Source: an uncultured Acidobacteriota bacterium (lineage in GTDB: Bacteria; Acidobacteriota; Terriglobia; UBA7540). From it: DNA of 64,000 bases. Below, in pieces: positions 19,035-29,011 of this stretch. How positions within the stretch are numbered: the first letter of the stretch is position 1; each line of letters opens with the position of its first letter. The DNA is taken from positions 512,001 through 576,000 of the forward strand of contig CAWDSK010000001.1 of the NCBI GenBank assembly GCA_963804995.1, written 5' to 3'. The translations under genes were made by a program, and so were the position numbers. Below the pieces are notes generated by a model. That model ran no database searches and had not been told where the DNA came from. It saw only the letters and a list, made by a program, of their open reading frames with translations.

Positions 19035-19508
19035 TTAGCGGGAAGCCTGCTCCTCAGCCAGCTTGCCGATGACGGGCAGCATGAACTTTTCGTTGTTGTA
19101 AGCCTTGTACATCGTGAAAAGCACAAGCACGAACATTCCCAGCCCCAACAACGGGAAGAGTATCAGCCCCACCAACCAGCCCACAAAGGGGATCATCGCA
19201 AATATTCCCAGAGCAAAGAAGAGCACGAACGCTCCCGCCGCCAGAAACAGGCATTGAAAAGCGTGGAACCTCACGAACTTATCCCGATTATAGGGAGCAG
19301 CGACCAAAAATATGATCGCGGGGATTATGGTGAAGTATGCCAAGGCACCCGCCATGTTCGACGTGAGCCCACTGGAGGCCTGGGTGCTGTTGCCGGGGGC
19401 GGAGGGTGTCGGTGCGCTTCCTGCTGCCGCACCCACTGCCGCGCCGCACGAGCCACAGAAAGTCGTCCCCTCGGCCATTTGTGCACCACACTTCGCACAG
19501 AACGCCAT
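19035..19508 (-). CDS. Zinc-ribbon plus DUF4870-like membrane protein
   Basis: MAFCAKCG..FCGSCG; AGALAY, FVRFHAFQ, LPVIG. Confidence 0.85.
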   Translation of the reverse strand: MAFCAKCGAQMAEGTTFCGSCGAAVGAAAGSAPTPSAPGNSTQASSGLTSNMAGALAYFTIIPAIIFLVAAPYNRDKFVRFHAFQCLFLAAGAFVLFFALGIFAMIPFVGWLVGLILFPLLGLGMFVLVLFTMYKAYNNEKFMLPVIGKLAEEQASR

Positions 19509-19671
19509 GTCTACATCTCCTTTCGCGGAACGTAGGAGTCTCAAGCCTGGTTCTCAAGAACCGTCCCGGCCCCTCACTCCCGACCCAATTTTCCGCTATC
19601 TATAAGGAAGCTAGTCACAACCGACAGGCGTGCTATTGGTACCATAAAGGCGTCGGTGAAACAAGGGGAAT

Positions 19672-21147
19672 TCAGGGAATGCGTTTGACCCGCAAGGCGA
19701 TGTCCACCGTATGCTCAGGGGTGCGGAAATCCTTTTTCCCGCCTTGGTGCGTGAACGTGTTGCTCTTGATGACCGAGCCCGAGGCGGGGTCGACCCAATC
19801 TTCCCGGTAGGTTCCTCCCGGAAGATCCAGGACCAGGGTTTCATGATAATGCCCCGGGTTCACAAGATAGTACATCTGGTCGTGTTCGAGTTCGCTATGG
19901 TGATGATACAACGCATACTGTTCTCCCGCCTGGCTGAGACCTCGGCAGTAAGCTCCGTGGGGCACGCCGCTGAGCACGAAGCTTTGGTCCGGACGCATCT
20001 TGATGAAGTCGAAGCTGAGCATGAAGTTCTTCAGGTTGCGCAGCGCACCTAGCACCTGGGCGTTATCGGGAGTATTGCCGGCCGGGTCCTCAGCCGTGAA
20101 GCGCGCGTTTAAATGATTAAAGCTTGCGCCCCCTCCCACCATGAACTCCCAGGCTTCCACGCGGGAAGCCGCGACCGGATCGGTATCGTGATACCACCCG
20201 GGGTAATAGGCGGTTTCGTTCAGTTCAATCGGCTTGTTGGTGCCGTACTTATAATCCAGACCTTCCATCCCTCCCATCTGATCGCTATCCGCATCGCCGC
20301 CCCAAATGTACTGCCCAACAATAACGGACGCCAGGGGACTTGCCGAGAAATCCACCGGACCGGCGAGTGGACCCTCCACCTCCTGCGCCACCAAGTGCTT
20401 CTTGGGCAGCTTCTGTTCCGTATCATGGATAACCTGCAACAGGTGACCTACCCACGGGCCCGCGTCCGCATGCGAAGTGAAGTTGGACGGCTCGTCGCAA
20501 ATTTCCAGAATGACGTTGTCATACCCATTCACTTCCTGGGTGATCTTGCTGACGTACTCGCTTTGGCGCCGGACGAGGTCCGCGTGGCGCAGCGTCTGGA
20601 AGTCCTCGTAATCGCAATGGCCCACGCCCTGGATGTTGTTTTCGTAATACAGGGGAGAAATAGGCCAATTCACGACGTACTCCGAGTTGAAGAAACAGAT
20701 CTCCACCACAATGCCGCGCTCCGCCGCCTTGGAAATGAAGTCCTTCAGGCGCACGAAATATTCCGGATCCCACTTGTCCAGGTCGAACTTGTTTCCACCA
20801 TAGACATGGCCGGGCACGTTGCTGCGCGCCCAGGGCACGATGGTCCTTGCCGGCTTCGGCCCCAGAGGGTTGCCTTTCACATACTCGTCCACCAATTCGA
20901 GCACCGCACCCGCATAGGGGCGCGTGTAGTTCATTCCATACGCTTTTAGCGCATCCAGATACTTGACGTAGTCGAAGTCCAGATTGACCACCGCGCCGTA
21001 GTGCTCAGCCGAGGTGATCAGGACGGTGGGCTGCCCATTAAATAGGTAATAGTGCGGATTGGCCGGATGGAGTCTGATCGGCTCAGCCAGGCCTGGGATC
21101 ACGAAAAGAAGCCATACGAGACCCAGAAAAACCGTTCGCTTCGACAT
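19672..21147 (-). CDS. Secreted GH5-like glycoside hydrolase with C-terminal beta domain
   Basis: Signal peptide; HPANPHY, EICDEP, KPIELNET, WVDP.SG; GGAGG SD. Confidence 0.7.
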   Translation of the reverse strand: MSKRTVFLGLVWLLFVIPGLAEPIRLHPANPHYYLFNGQPTVLITSAEHYGAVVNLDFDYVKYLDALKAYGMNYTRPYAGAVLELVDEYVKGNPLGPKPARTIVPWARSNVPGHVYGGNKFDLDKWDPEYFVRLKDFISKAAERGIVVEICFFNSEYVVNWPISPLYYENNIQGVGHCDYEDFQTLRHADLVRRQSEYVSKITQEVNGYDNVILEICDEPSNFTSHADAGPWVGHLLQVIHDTEQKLPKKHLVAQEVEGPLAGPVDFSASPLASVIVGQYIWGGDADSDQMGGMEGLDYKYGTNKPIELNETAYYPGWYHDTDPVAASRVEAWEFMVGGGASFNHLNARFTAEDPAGNTPDNAQVLGALRNLKNFMLSFDFIKMRPDQSFVLSGVPHGAYCRGLSQAGEQYALYHHHSELEHDQMYYLVNPGHYHETLVLDLPGGTYREDWVDPASGSVIKSNTFTHQGGKKDFRTPEHTVDIALRVKRIP

Positions 21148-21255
21148 GTCACAAACCTCCTCGGTTTCCGCGTGGCGGAACACGAACAAATCATATATTG
21201 GCGCGACGCGGTACACCAGCCTATAAGGGGCGCATCGCCACTTGTCTTTCCTGCT

Positions 21256-21379
21256 CGTCACTGGTCACTGGTCACTCGCCACTGTCCTTTATGACTCTCC
21301 TGTCCCCTGTTCCCTATTCCCTGTTCCCTGCTCTTTGTTCCCTGTCCCCTGTTCTTTGTCCCCTATTCCAGGTTCCCTG
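21256..21379. repeat. Composite heptamer arrays (GGTCACT-like)4, linker, (CCCTGTT-like)n; copy 1
   Basis: Read directly; same architecture and linker at 25947-26030. Confidence 0.85.
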
Positions 21380-21504
21380 GCTGGCGCAGAGTGAAACTCT
21401 GCGACTGGAGTTTCTACATTTAGGTCTGGCAAAGTAAGATTTCTATTGACAGACCTCCCTGATTTCCGTTACCTTCCTCCTGAGTCCTGGCTCCGGAGGT
21501 TAAC

Positions 21505-21840
21505 TTGCCTGACGATCTCAAGGATTCCATTCTTTCGATATTCGAGGCCTCACTGGATGCCCAGTTGCGGGCGGTTCGCCGTCTCCGCGGCGGTTCCCCA
21601 GCCCCCGCCCCGAGGCCGCGCCGCACAGGTCTGTCCCAAGTGGACATGGCGTACGACATACTCAAGAAGGCCCGTACCCCCTTGCACATTTCCGAACTCC
21701 TGGCGCGCCTCCGCGCCGCCTTCCACGTCACCGTCGATCGCGAGAGCCTGGTCTCTTCGCTGACCAAAAAAGTCGCCCGCGGCGATCGCTTCCTGCGTAC
21801 CGGGAAGAACACTTTCGGCTTACGTCCGGAGGCCCGATGA
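21505..21840 (+). CDS. IS accessory winged-helix (HARE-HTH-like) protein
   Basis: GGAGG plus TTG start. LSQVDMAYDILKKARTPLHISELL...SLVSSL...RFLRTGKNTFGL. ATGA-coupled to the transposase. Confidence 0.75.
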   Translation: MPDDLKDSILSIFEASLDAQLRAVRRLRGGSPAPAPRPRRTGLSQVDMAYDILKKARTPLHISELLARLRAAFHVTVDRESLVSSLTKKVARGDRFLRTGKNTFGLRPEAR

Positions 21841-23216
21841 CTCTGTTCGCCGCCTGGTCGGAGATCGTGGCGGACTGGGCCCCCACTTTTCCCCAGCAGC
21901 GCACCCTGCAGCGCGCCGTGCGCCAGGCCCTGGGCGCCTTGGTCTGCGTGGGTCGACGCTGTCTTTCGCGTATCCTCTGGACCCAGGGCCGCCAGCAGCG
22001 CAGTTGGTCGAGCGAATACTTTCTCCACTCGCGTTGTCACTGGGAACCGCAGACGTTGTTTGCCGGCGTCTGGCGCCGCGCCTTGCCCTATTGTCCCGGC
22101 CGCCTGGTGGGCGTGGCCGTCGACGACACCCGCCTGCGCAAGACCGGCCGCGCCATTCCCCAGGCGCGTTATCACCGCGATCCCCTCTCGCCCCCCTTTC
22201 ATGTCAACCTCCTGCGCGGCGTGCGCTTTCTGCAAGCTTCCCTGCTGCTGCCCCTGCATCGGCACGCCCCCGCCAGCTGCCGCGCTCTGCCCGTGCGCTT
22301 TGAAGAGGCGGCGCCGCTGAAAAAGCCCTCCCGCAAGGCGAAAGAGGAAGCCTGGCAGGAATATAAAAGGATGCGCAAGCTCCACAACCTCTCGCAGCGT
22401 TTTGTGCAGAGCGTGGCCCCCTTGCGCCAGGCGCTGGATGCGGCCGGGGGTGGGGCCAAGCTGCTGGTGCTGGCTCTGGATGGCAGCTTCTGCAACCGCA
22501 CCTGTCTGCGCGCCCCCCGCGATCGCACCGAGTTGATCGCCCGCGCCCGCAAGGATGCGCGCCTCGGCTTTCGCGCTCCCCAGCCTTCTCGCCGCTTTTA
22601 CGCCCTCTCCACCTTTACCCCCGAACAGGTCCGGCAGGACGAGTCCCACCTCTGGCAGCAAACCAAGCTCTTCTACGGAGGCAAGCGCCGCCGCCTCCGT
22701 TATAAAGAGGTGTCGCAAGTCTACTGGCGTCGGGGCGCCGGCCAGATCCCCCTGCGGCTCTTCGTCGTGGCTCCTACCCCCTATCGCAAACGGAAGAGCT
22801 CCAGACTCTACTACCGTCAACCGGCCTACCTGCTGACCACCGACCTGCGGCACTCTGCCCCTCAGTTGCTGCAAATCTACTTCGACCGCTGGCAGATCGA
22901 AGTCAACCACCGCGACGAGAAGGAGACGCTGGGTGTCGGACAAGCCCAGTTATGGAACGTTAACGCCGTGCCCAAGCAACCTGCCCTGGTCGTGGCCGCC
23001 TACAGCGCGCTGCTCCTGGCTTCTCTCCAAGCCTTCGGCACCGAGCGTGGCACGGCCTATCAGGCTCTGCCCCGGTGGCGACGCAAGGCCCACCGCCCTT
23101 CCTGCCTCAACCTCGTCACCCTGCTGCGCCAAGAAATGGTCGACCACCCGGAATGTCCCCAATCTCTGGGCTTCCAACTCACCGACCGCGCCCTCACCCA
23201 CGCCGCTGATGCATAA
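21837..23216 (+). CDS. DDE transposase, IS701-like
   Basis: VAVDDTRLRKTG, LDGSF, LLTTD, YFDRWQIEVNHRDEK. Confidence 0.85.
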   Translation: MTLFAAWSEIVADWAPTFPQQRTLQRAVRQALGALVCVGRRCLSRILWTQGRQQRSWSSEYFLHSRCHWEPQTLFAGVWRRALPYCPGRLVGVAVDDTRLRKTGRAIPQARYHRDPLSPPFHVNLLRGVRFLQASLLLPLHRHAPASCRALPVRFEEAAPLKKPSRKAKEEAWQEYKRMRKLHNLSQRFVQSVAPLRQALDAAGGGAKLLVLALDGSFCNRTCLRAPRDRTELIARARKDARLGFRAPQPSRRFYALSTFTPEQVRQDESHLWQQTKLFYGGKRRRLRYKEVSQVYWRRGAGQIPLRLFVVAPTPYRKRKSSRLYYRQPAYLLTTDLRHSAPQLLQIYFDRWQIEVNHRDEKETLGVGQAQLWNVNAVPKQPALVVAAYSALLLASLQAFGTERGTAYQALPRWRRKAHRPSCLNLVTLLRQEMVDHPECPQSLGFQLTDRALTHAADA

Positions 23217-23325
23217 TAAATGTAGAAACTCCAGGCGCAGAGTGAAACTCTGCGATATGGTGAGCGTTACGGATAAGTCGCAGTGCCGCGCTCTGCACTA
23301 GGCGGCCAGGAGAGGAGAAAACGCA

Positions 23326-25581
23326 ATGCAAGATCCGGACTCAAACGAGAAGCTTGCTGGCGAGTCGCTCGACCGCAGAAGTTTTCTGACCGCGACCGGA
23401 AGCGTGCTGGCTTCCCTGGGAGCCTGGGATCGGATGGCCACCGCCAGACCGCGGCCGGGGGAGGGTTTACTCCCCCCGGACATGGAGGTGATCGAGACAC
23501 CGATCTGCCGCCTGCACCTGGACCGGCGGAACGGGAATCTGGTGGGTATAGGCTGGAAGAATCCCACCCTGGAGGTCATCGCGGAACCTCGCCTCGGCGA
23601 GAATTTCCGGCTCTTGTTTCCGCGGCCGGGTTACGAGGCCAACTACTTCACGAGCAGCGAGCAGCAGGTGAGCCGGATAGACCGGACGGGCGAGGGTGTG
23701 ACCTGCGTGTATGAGAACCTGCGCAACGCGCGCGAGACCCTGGACGTCAAGGTGCGCTATCACATTCGCGCCGTGGGCGAGAGTCTGGAGTTTCTGTTGG
23801 AGGTTGCGAACCCCACCGACCTGCCTCTGGCCGAGGTTTTCTTTGCCATCATCGGCGGGCAACAGGGATTGGGCATTCGCCACGACACTGAGTCCCTGGT
23901 GCCGGGACGGAATTCCAATCTCGCCCCGAAGGTCTTTACAGAATTCAGCCCGGGCGAGTATGGCGGAGGGAATTTGGGCATTCGATACGATGCCACAGGG
24001 TTCTTCTACCCCAATTATTCCGGGATGCAAATGGGATGGATCGAGTTCTTCAACCGGAAGGCCAACCTGGGGCTCTATTATGCGAACTGCGACCCGGTAT
24101 CACGGCTGACGGGGCTTTACTTTGAGCTTCGTCCTTTCAGTAAGAGCGCGGTGGTGGGGGATAACTGGCCGACGCCCGCGGATGTGCCGCCCGGGGAACC
24201 CATCGGACTGACGATGGGCTGGCTGAAGTTTCCGTATTTGAAGCGAGGCACGTTCAATTCGGGTCCCGTGGCCCTGCGGGTTCACGCCGGTGACTGGCAT
24301 GAAGGCAGTGATATCTACCGCGCCTGGTTCGACCAGCACTTCCAGGTCAAGCGCCCGCCCACCTGGCTGCGCAAGGAAATGGCCTGGCAATCCGTCATCC
24401 TTTCCAACTGCGAAGATGTGATCAACTGGAAGTTCAAAGACCTGCCGAGGCTGGCGGCGGGTGCAAAGAAATACGGTGTGACGACGTTCGAGATTCAGGG
24501 CTGGGATATGGGGGGGATCGATCGCGGCTACCCGCAGTACCATCCCAATCCACGCTTGGGGACGCCCGAAGATTTCCGCCAGGCGCTGGCCGAGGTGAAG
24601 AAGCTGGGTGTCCACCCTTTGATTTTTACCAACATTCAAGTTGCAGACACCGCGACGCCGCTTTTTAAGGACAGTCTGCATCGCTACGCGGTTCTGGGGA
24701 AGTGGGCTCCGGATTATGTGCTGATGGGCTTCGGTGAGGGGACCACGAGCGCGCGCCTGGGGTTGACGAGCTCGAAAATGGCGCTAGTCAGTCCCGCCCA
24801 TCCGGAATTCCGCAAGTTTCTCGTCGAGCAGTTCGTGCAATTGGCCAGGGATGGCGCTGAGGGGCTCCAAATAGACAAGACGTGCGCCAATAATTTTTTG
24901 GATTTCAACCCGAATCTTCCCACTTCGCCGGACAAGTCCCTCACCGAGGAAGTGTTGTCGACCCTCCAGGAAATCGTGCAGCGCTGTCGTGAGGTGAACC
25001 CGGAGTTTGCCTTGGCATCGGAATTCTTTTGGGACCGGTCCTTTCCGCTTTTGGAAGTGTCCTATATACGCATGAACGACATCGACATGGATTCCCCCGC
25101 CCTGCGCTATACGTTTCCGGAGTGGACGTCGACGATTTGCGCGGAGAGTCCGGGTGACTTCAACATCATCAATAATGGCATGCGGTACGGGCTGGTGTGG
25201 GCCGTTCAGCCGCGCCACTTTATTGACTCCATGGACGAGGCGCTGACTCGGCCGCTCTCCCGGTACGTGCAGGAACTGATCCGCATTCGAAATAAGCACA
25301 AGGAGCTGCTCTTCCACGGTCGATTCCGCGACACGCTAGGAGCAGACGTGAAGGCGGACAAGAATGTGCGCTATTCCGTTTTCGATGGGATGGACAAGCA
25401 CGGGAAGGCCTGCGTGGTGGTGAATTACGGAAACGATGAGGCCAGCGCGGAGGTGACGTGGCCGGGCGGAGAAGGCCGTGCAGTTGAGATTCTGAAGCCT
25501 TTTGCCCCAGACGTCGTGGGGAAGCTGCCGGTCAAAGTCCAGTTGGCGCCACTTACCTGCGCTGTTATAGCGCTGGAATAA
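23326..25581 (+). CDS. Tat-exported DUF6259-like putative glycoside hydrolase
   Basis: DRRSFL Tat motif; GDWH, GIDRGYPQY.PNPRLGT, AEGLQID; AGGAG SD. Confidence 0.7.
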   Translation: MQDPDSNEKLAGESLDRRSFLTATGSVLASLGAWDRMATARPRPGEGLLPPDMEVIETPICRLHLDRRNGNLVGIGWKNPTLEVIAEPRLGENFRLLFPRPGYEANYFTSSEQQVSRIDRTGEGVTCVYENLRNARETLDVKVRYHIRAVGESLEFLLEVANPTDLPLAEVFFAIIGGQQGLGIRHDTESLVPGRNSNLAPKVFTEFSPGEYGGGNLGIRYDATGFFYPNYSGMQMGWIEFFNRKANLGLYYANCDPVSRLTGLYFELRPFSKSAVVGDNWPTPADVPPGEPIGLTMGWLKFPYLKRGTFNSGPVALRVHAGDWHEGSDIYRAWFDQHFQVKRPPTWLRKEMAWQSVILSNCEDVINWKFKDLPRLAAGAKKYGVTTFEIQGWDMGGIDRGYPQYHPNPRLGTPEDFRQALAEVKKLGVHPLIFTNIQVADTATPLFKDSLHRYAVLGKWAPDYVLMGFGEGTTSARLGLTSSKMALVSPAHPEFRKFLVEQFVQLARDGAEGLQIDKTCANNFLDFNPNLPTSPDKSLTEEVLSTLQEIVQRCREVNPEFALASEFFWDRSFPLLEVSYIRMNDIDMDSPALRYTFPEWTSTICAESPGDFNIINNGMRYGLVWAVQPRHFIDSMDEALTRPLSRYVQELIRIRNKHKELLFHGRFRDTLGADVKADKNVRYSVFDGMDKHGKACVVVNYGNDEASAEVTWPGGEGRAVEILKPFAPDVVGKLPVKVQLAPLTCAVIALE

Positions 25582-25946
25582 ACTTATCCACCCCGTCAGG
25601 CGGGTCAGGCCGGCTGGCGCAGGGCGAGCCCAGCCCTGCGATTTGGTCGAAACGCCGTCGATAAATCGAGAATACGGGGGGCATGATCGGAAACGTGAAT
25701 CGCAGAGTTGTGCTCTCCGCAAGCCCGCCAAAATCTCCGGACTTTTAAGCGGACTTATTTGCGGTCATATTTGTCCTTTAATCAAAATCAACTTAAAGTA
25801 GAATAAGCTTGTTACTAAAGCTTATTAGAGGATATAGAAGCGGACATGGAAGCGGACATAAAGGTGCCGGAAGACCATCGCAGAGTCTCATGCTTTCCGA
25901 GACTCTTTTCGTTTCTTGGGCGCGCCTTCCTCTTGCATTTATCGCT

Positions 25947-26030
25947 GGTCACTCGTCACTGGCCACTCGCCACTGTCCTTTATGACCTTCTCTTTTCCCT
26001 GTTCCCTATTCCCTATTCCCTGTTCCCTGC
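25947..26030. repeat. Composite heptamer arrays, copy 2
   Basis: Shares CGCCACTGTCCTTTATGAC linker with 21256-21379. Confidence 0.85.
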
Positions 26031-26070
26031 CTTTGGGTGTGTTAATAATACAGTGCATGTTTATCAGATT

Positions 26071-26109
26071 AAGAACCGCAGAGTGTGAAAGGCGTACACT
26101 CTGCGCTAC
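26071..26109. repeat. REP-like hairpin ending CTAC
   Basis: AAGAACCGCAGAGTGT-GAAAGGCGT-ACACTCTGCGCTAC; ends match the REP arm at 63304-63340. Confidence 0.75.
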
Positions 26110-26212
26110 CTACCTGCTTGGGTATCGGGCACGAGAAAAGACCACGGAAAGCACGGGACTGACCATGGCTGCTCTACCCAGTTGACCCACCTCGTGGTAA
26201 CATTCGCGGACT

Positions 26213-26891
26213 ATGCGAGCTCCCGAATCTTATGTCCATTGGATGAACGAAAATATTGGTTTTAACCCAAGGGCACAGCAAAACTCCAACGCTCTGTCGG
26301 AGTTCGTCGTTGCTGACCTCCTTGCCTCTTGTCCCGCGATACGGAGCGCAATCCAGTCTGAAGCCCTAACGCCCAGGAAGAACTCCGAAGTCAATACGGC
26401 CAGCGCAGTCAGGACGGTGGACCTGGTTTTGTTTGAGAAGCTCAAGCTTCCCCTCATTTCTGTGTGCATCTCAGTGGAAAACAAAACGATTATGACGGCC
26501 CACAGAAAGGCGAGGAAGAACAGGTACGGAGACATCATTGCGTATTCGAACCACATGCACAACCACCGGCGCGATCGTGGTTGTCAACGTCTCGCCGAAG
26601 TATGAGAACCCGGACGAATTTGCCAAGGGGCTGGTGCGGCCGAAATTCGATATGGAAAAGATCGTCAAGGACACCATCAAAATCTTCGCCAGAATCCCAC
26701 TGAGAAATGACCCTGGAGATCCCAGCGACCAGCCAGAGGCCCTGGCGGCAATCGTGGTTGATTACGACGGGGTGTCGGCAGCAAGACTCGTAAAGGGATC
26801 ACTGGCCCCTCAGCTTGGCGACAGCATCCATTACGAGAGTTTTGTTGAAAGGATTGGAAGTCTGTACGAACGCCGATTCAGCGGACGATAA
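26213..26891 (+). pseudogene. Putative PD-(D/E)xK restriction endonuclease, split near 26570
   Basis: RTVDLV...VENK in ORF 26213-26605; continuation in the +1 frame to 26891; convergent with an MTase. Confidence 0.6.
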
Positions 26892-27870
26892 TGGAAGGCC
26901 GATCCTGATCGAAAAGTGAAGTCAGTTCCTTCTCCAGCCTTGTTTTTGCCATTTTCACGTAGGAAGGGTCGATCTCGACTCCGATGCCGTTCCGGCCACA
27001 TTTGGCAGCGGCCAACAGCGTAGTTCCTGTGCCCATAAAGGGATCAAGAATCGTATCGCCAACAAAAGAGAACATCCTCACCAGACGGTGAGCTAATTCC
27101 TCGGGATACGGCGCGGGGTGATACCTCGTAGATTCCCCCGTCAAGCCGTTCCAGACCTGTTGAAACCATTGCTGGTATTCTTCCTTGGTCAGCTTCGAAG
27201 CTTCGCGCTGTTCGTCAGTCGGCTGGCGATAGCCCCCAGGCTTCCTGAGCATCAGGATAAATTCCACGTCGTTCTTGATGATGGCGTTCGGCTCGTAGGG
27301 CTTTCCCAAGAAGCTGGAACCGTTTTCAACCTCGTAGTTGGCATTGGCGATCTTGTACCAAAAAATAGGGCTGAGGTTATCGAAGCCGATCTTCCGAGCC
27401 CTAACCACAATGTCAGCGTGCAGGGGCATTACTGAGTGCTTGCCGTGGCGACGACGGGACAGGCAAACATCACCCACTACGCAGACAAGGCGACCTCCGG
27501 GGACTAGAACTCGAAAAGCATGAGCCCACACTTTGTCGAGCTCATCGTGAAAAGCGTCATAATCTTCTATATGCCCAAGCTGGCTTTTGTGGTGAGGGTA
27601 CTCCTTAAGTGTCCAGTAAGGAGGAGAGGTAAGGACCAGATGGACAGACCCCGGCGGAATCCAGTCCATTTCCCTCGAATCACCGCAACTCAATGTCAGA
27701 TTGATTTTGGTGAGCGTGGCTTGCATCAAGCCAGATTGTAACAGAGTTGACCCAGCTCGCAAAGGAGGCGGATCGCACCCAATCGTTTCCGTCTTGCGCG
27801 AGATGGGTGGGATTGCCATCGAGTTAGTGACTTCTAAGTTTCCTAGCTTCAGTTGTTCCAACATCAACAA
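26878..27870 (-). CDS. Beta-class amino-DNA methyltransferase (SPPY, probably N4-C); start uncertain
   Basis: LTSPPY, HPAPYP, LDPFMGTGTT, GVEID. Confidence 0.93.
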   Translation of the reverse strand: MLMLEQLKLGNLEVTNSMAIPPISRKTETIGCDPPPLRAGSTLLQSGLMQATLTKINLTLSCGDSREMDWIPPGSVHLVLTSPPYWTLKEYPHHKSQLGHIEDYDAFHDELDKVWAHAFRVLVPGGRLVCVVGDVCLSRRRHGKHSVMPLHADIVVRARKIGFDNLSPIFWYKIANANYEVENGSSFLGKPYEPNAIIKNDVEFILMLRKPGGYRQPTDEQREASKLTKEEYQQWFQQVWNGLTGESTRYHPAPYPEELAHRLVRMFSFVGDTILDPFMGTGTTLLAAAKCGRNGIGVEIDPSYVKMAKTRLEKELTSLFDQDRPSIIVR

Positions 27871-27985
27871 TACTATCGGCTATTCCCCACCTCAACAATA
27901 TGGTTTTTCAGGAGATAAATCGCGTACCCCGAGTTATCTCGGTTACGATAACGAAGAAGCGGGACAAGCTGCCGCCCCCCAGGTG

Positions 27986-29011
27986 CTAAAATCTTACGGG
28001 AATGTCGGAGCCTTGCACCCGGGTATTAGAATAACCATTCTTGCCCAGCATCATGCAGACCGCCATACCTGCCGTAGTCTTGTTGAGGGTTGGGCCGGAC
28101 CGAACGGAGACGATAGGGAGCTTCTTGGTAGGATCGGTCGGAACAAGCTTTACATACGGAACCAGCATTCCTTGGGAGGAGCGGAAGTGGACGGGTATCG
28201 GGGTTTTGCCACCGTCATCGGTGCCCTGCTTGAGTAATTCTCGCTGGCGAACAACAACGCGCCACTCCTTTTCAACCATAAACGCCTCATTCTTAAAACT
28301 CACGATTTCCTCTAGAAGTATGTCTCCTATCACCCTCAGAATTTTGGAGTATCCAAATAAGGGATGGTCACCGATGGTTGCCATTGCTCGGGCCGTATCT
28401 GGACTATCAAAGATTGCGAGCACTGGGTTCAAAATGCCGCTGCATTTCTTAGCTTGCTCGGTCCTGTCATACTCTACTCGCACCCATTTAGATGTATAGA
28501 TATTCGGTTCCGGCTTGAATCCTTGGCCGGTCAGCAGGTCTGGGGCTGGAACCGTGAATCCAAGCGAATAGCCGCCCGATTGGCCGTAGGTCCTCCACTG
28601 GCTTAGCAGGTTGTCGTTCTCGCAGAAACACGCGAGGTAGATTGGGTTGATAACGTTTCTCTTCAGGAGTTCCTCTCCGAACCATTTGTCCAAGCCTCGT
28701 ACCAATCCGAGAGTCAGAGAGTCTTCGGGGCGTGGATTCTTGGCCAGCCAAGCATCCAAGACCTCTTTGAGAACGCCGTAGCCGTAGCTGATCTCAGATG
28801 AATCGTTAAGGAAGTACGCAGATGTCGCCCAAAGTTCATTTTTCTCGATGATTCCCTTTAGCCCATCCGCCGTAGTGTAGTGATAAAGAAGGCCCCTTGG
28901 GGGCATCTGTTTTGGTGTGATAGTTTCTCGGTCACGGTGTAATTTCAGAATGTGATGAAACGCCGTGTTTGCTAGCTCCACCGCGGTTTTGTCGTATTCA
29001 CTGAGCAGCAT
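27986..29011 (-). CDS. DUF2971-like protein
   Basis: LYHYT, FLNDSSE, ACFCE..NLLSQWRTYG, K...F..EKEWR, GP motifs; start could extend to 29074. Confidence 0.8.
   Translation of the reverse strand: MLLSEYDKTAVELANTAFHHILKLHRDRETITPKQMPPRGLLYHYTTADGLKGIIEKNELWATSAYFLNDSSEISYGYGVLKEVLDAWLAKNPRPEDSLTLGLVRGLDKWFGEELLKRNVINPIYLACFCENDNLLSQWRTYGQSGGYSLGFTVPAPDLLTGQGFKPEPNIYTSKWVRVEYDRTEQAKKCSGILNPVLAIFDSPDTARAMATIGDHPLFGYSKILRVIGDILLEEIVSFKNEAFMVEKEWRVVVRQRELLKQGTDDGGKTPIPVHFRSSQGMLVPYVKLVPTDPTKKLPIVSVRSGPTLNKTTAGMAVCMMLGKNGYSNTRVQGSDIPVRF

Larger units (their letters stand above)
21405..23234 (+). mobile_element. IS701/IS4-like DDE insertion sequence with 21-bp flanking direct repeat
   Basis: Perfect 18-bp TIRs CTGGAGTTTCTACATTTA (21405-21422 and 23217-23234). 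GCGCAGAGTGAAACTCTGCGA at 21384-21404 and 23235-23255. Confidence 0.92.

Noticed and set aside
21198..21437. ORFs with SLVTGH/SLFP repeats (also 25846-26185 and 56923-57543)
   Set aside because: Translations of non-coding heptamer arrays.
21420..22943. 507-aa antisense ORF over the IS701-like element
   Set aside because: Very high-GC antisense shadow with no recognisable motifs.
25837..25860. Short tandem GAAGCGGACAT x2
   Set aside because: Two copies only, with no supporting context.
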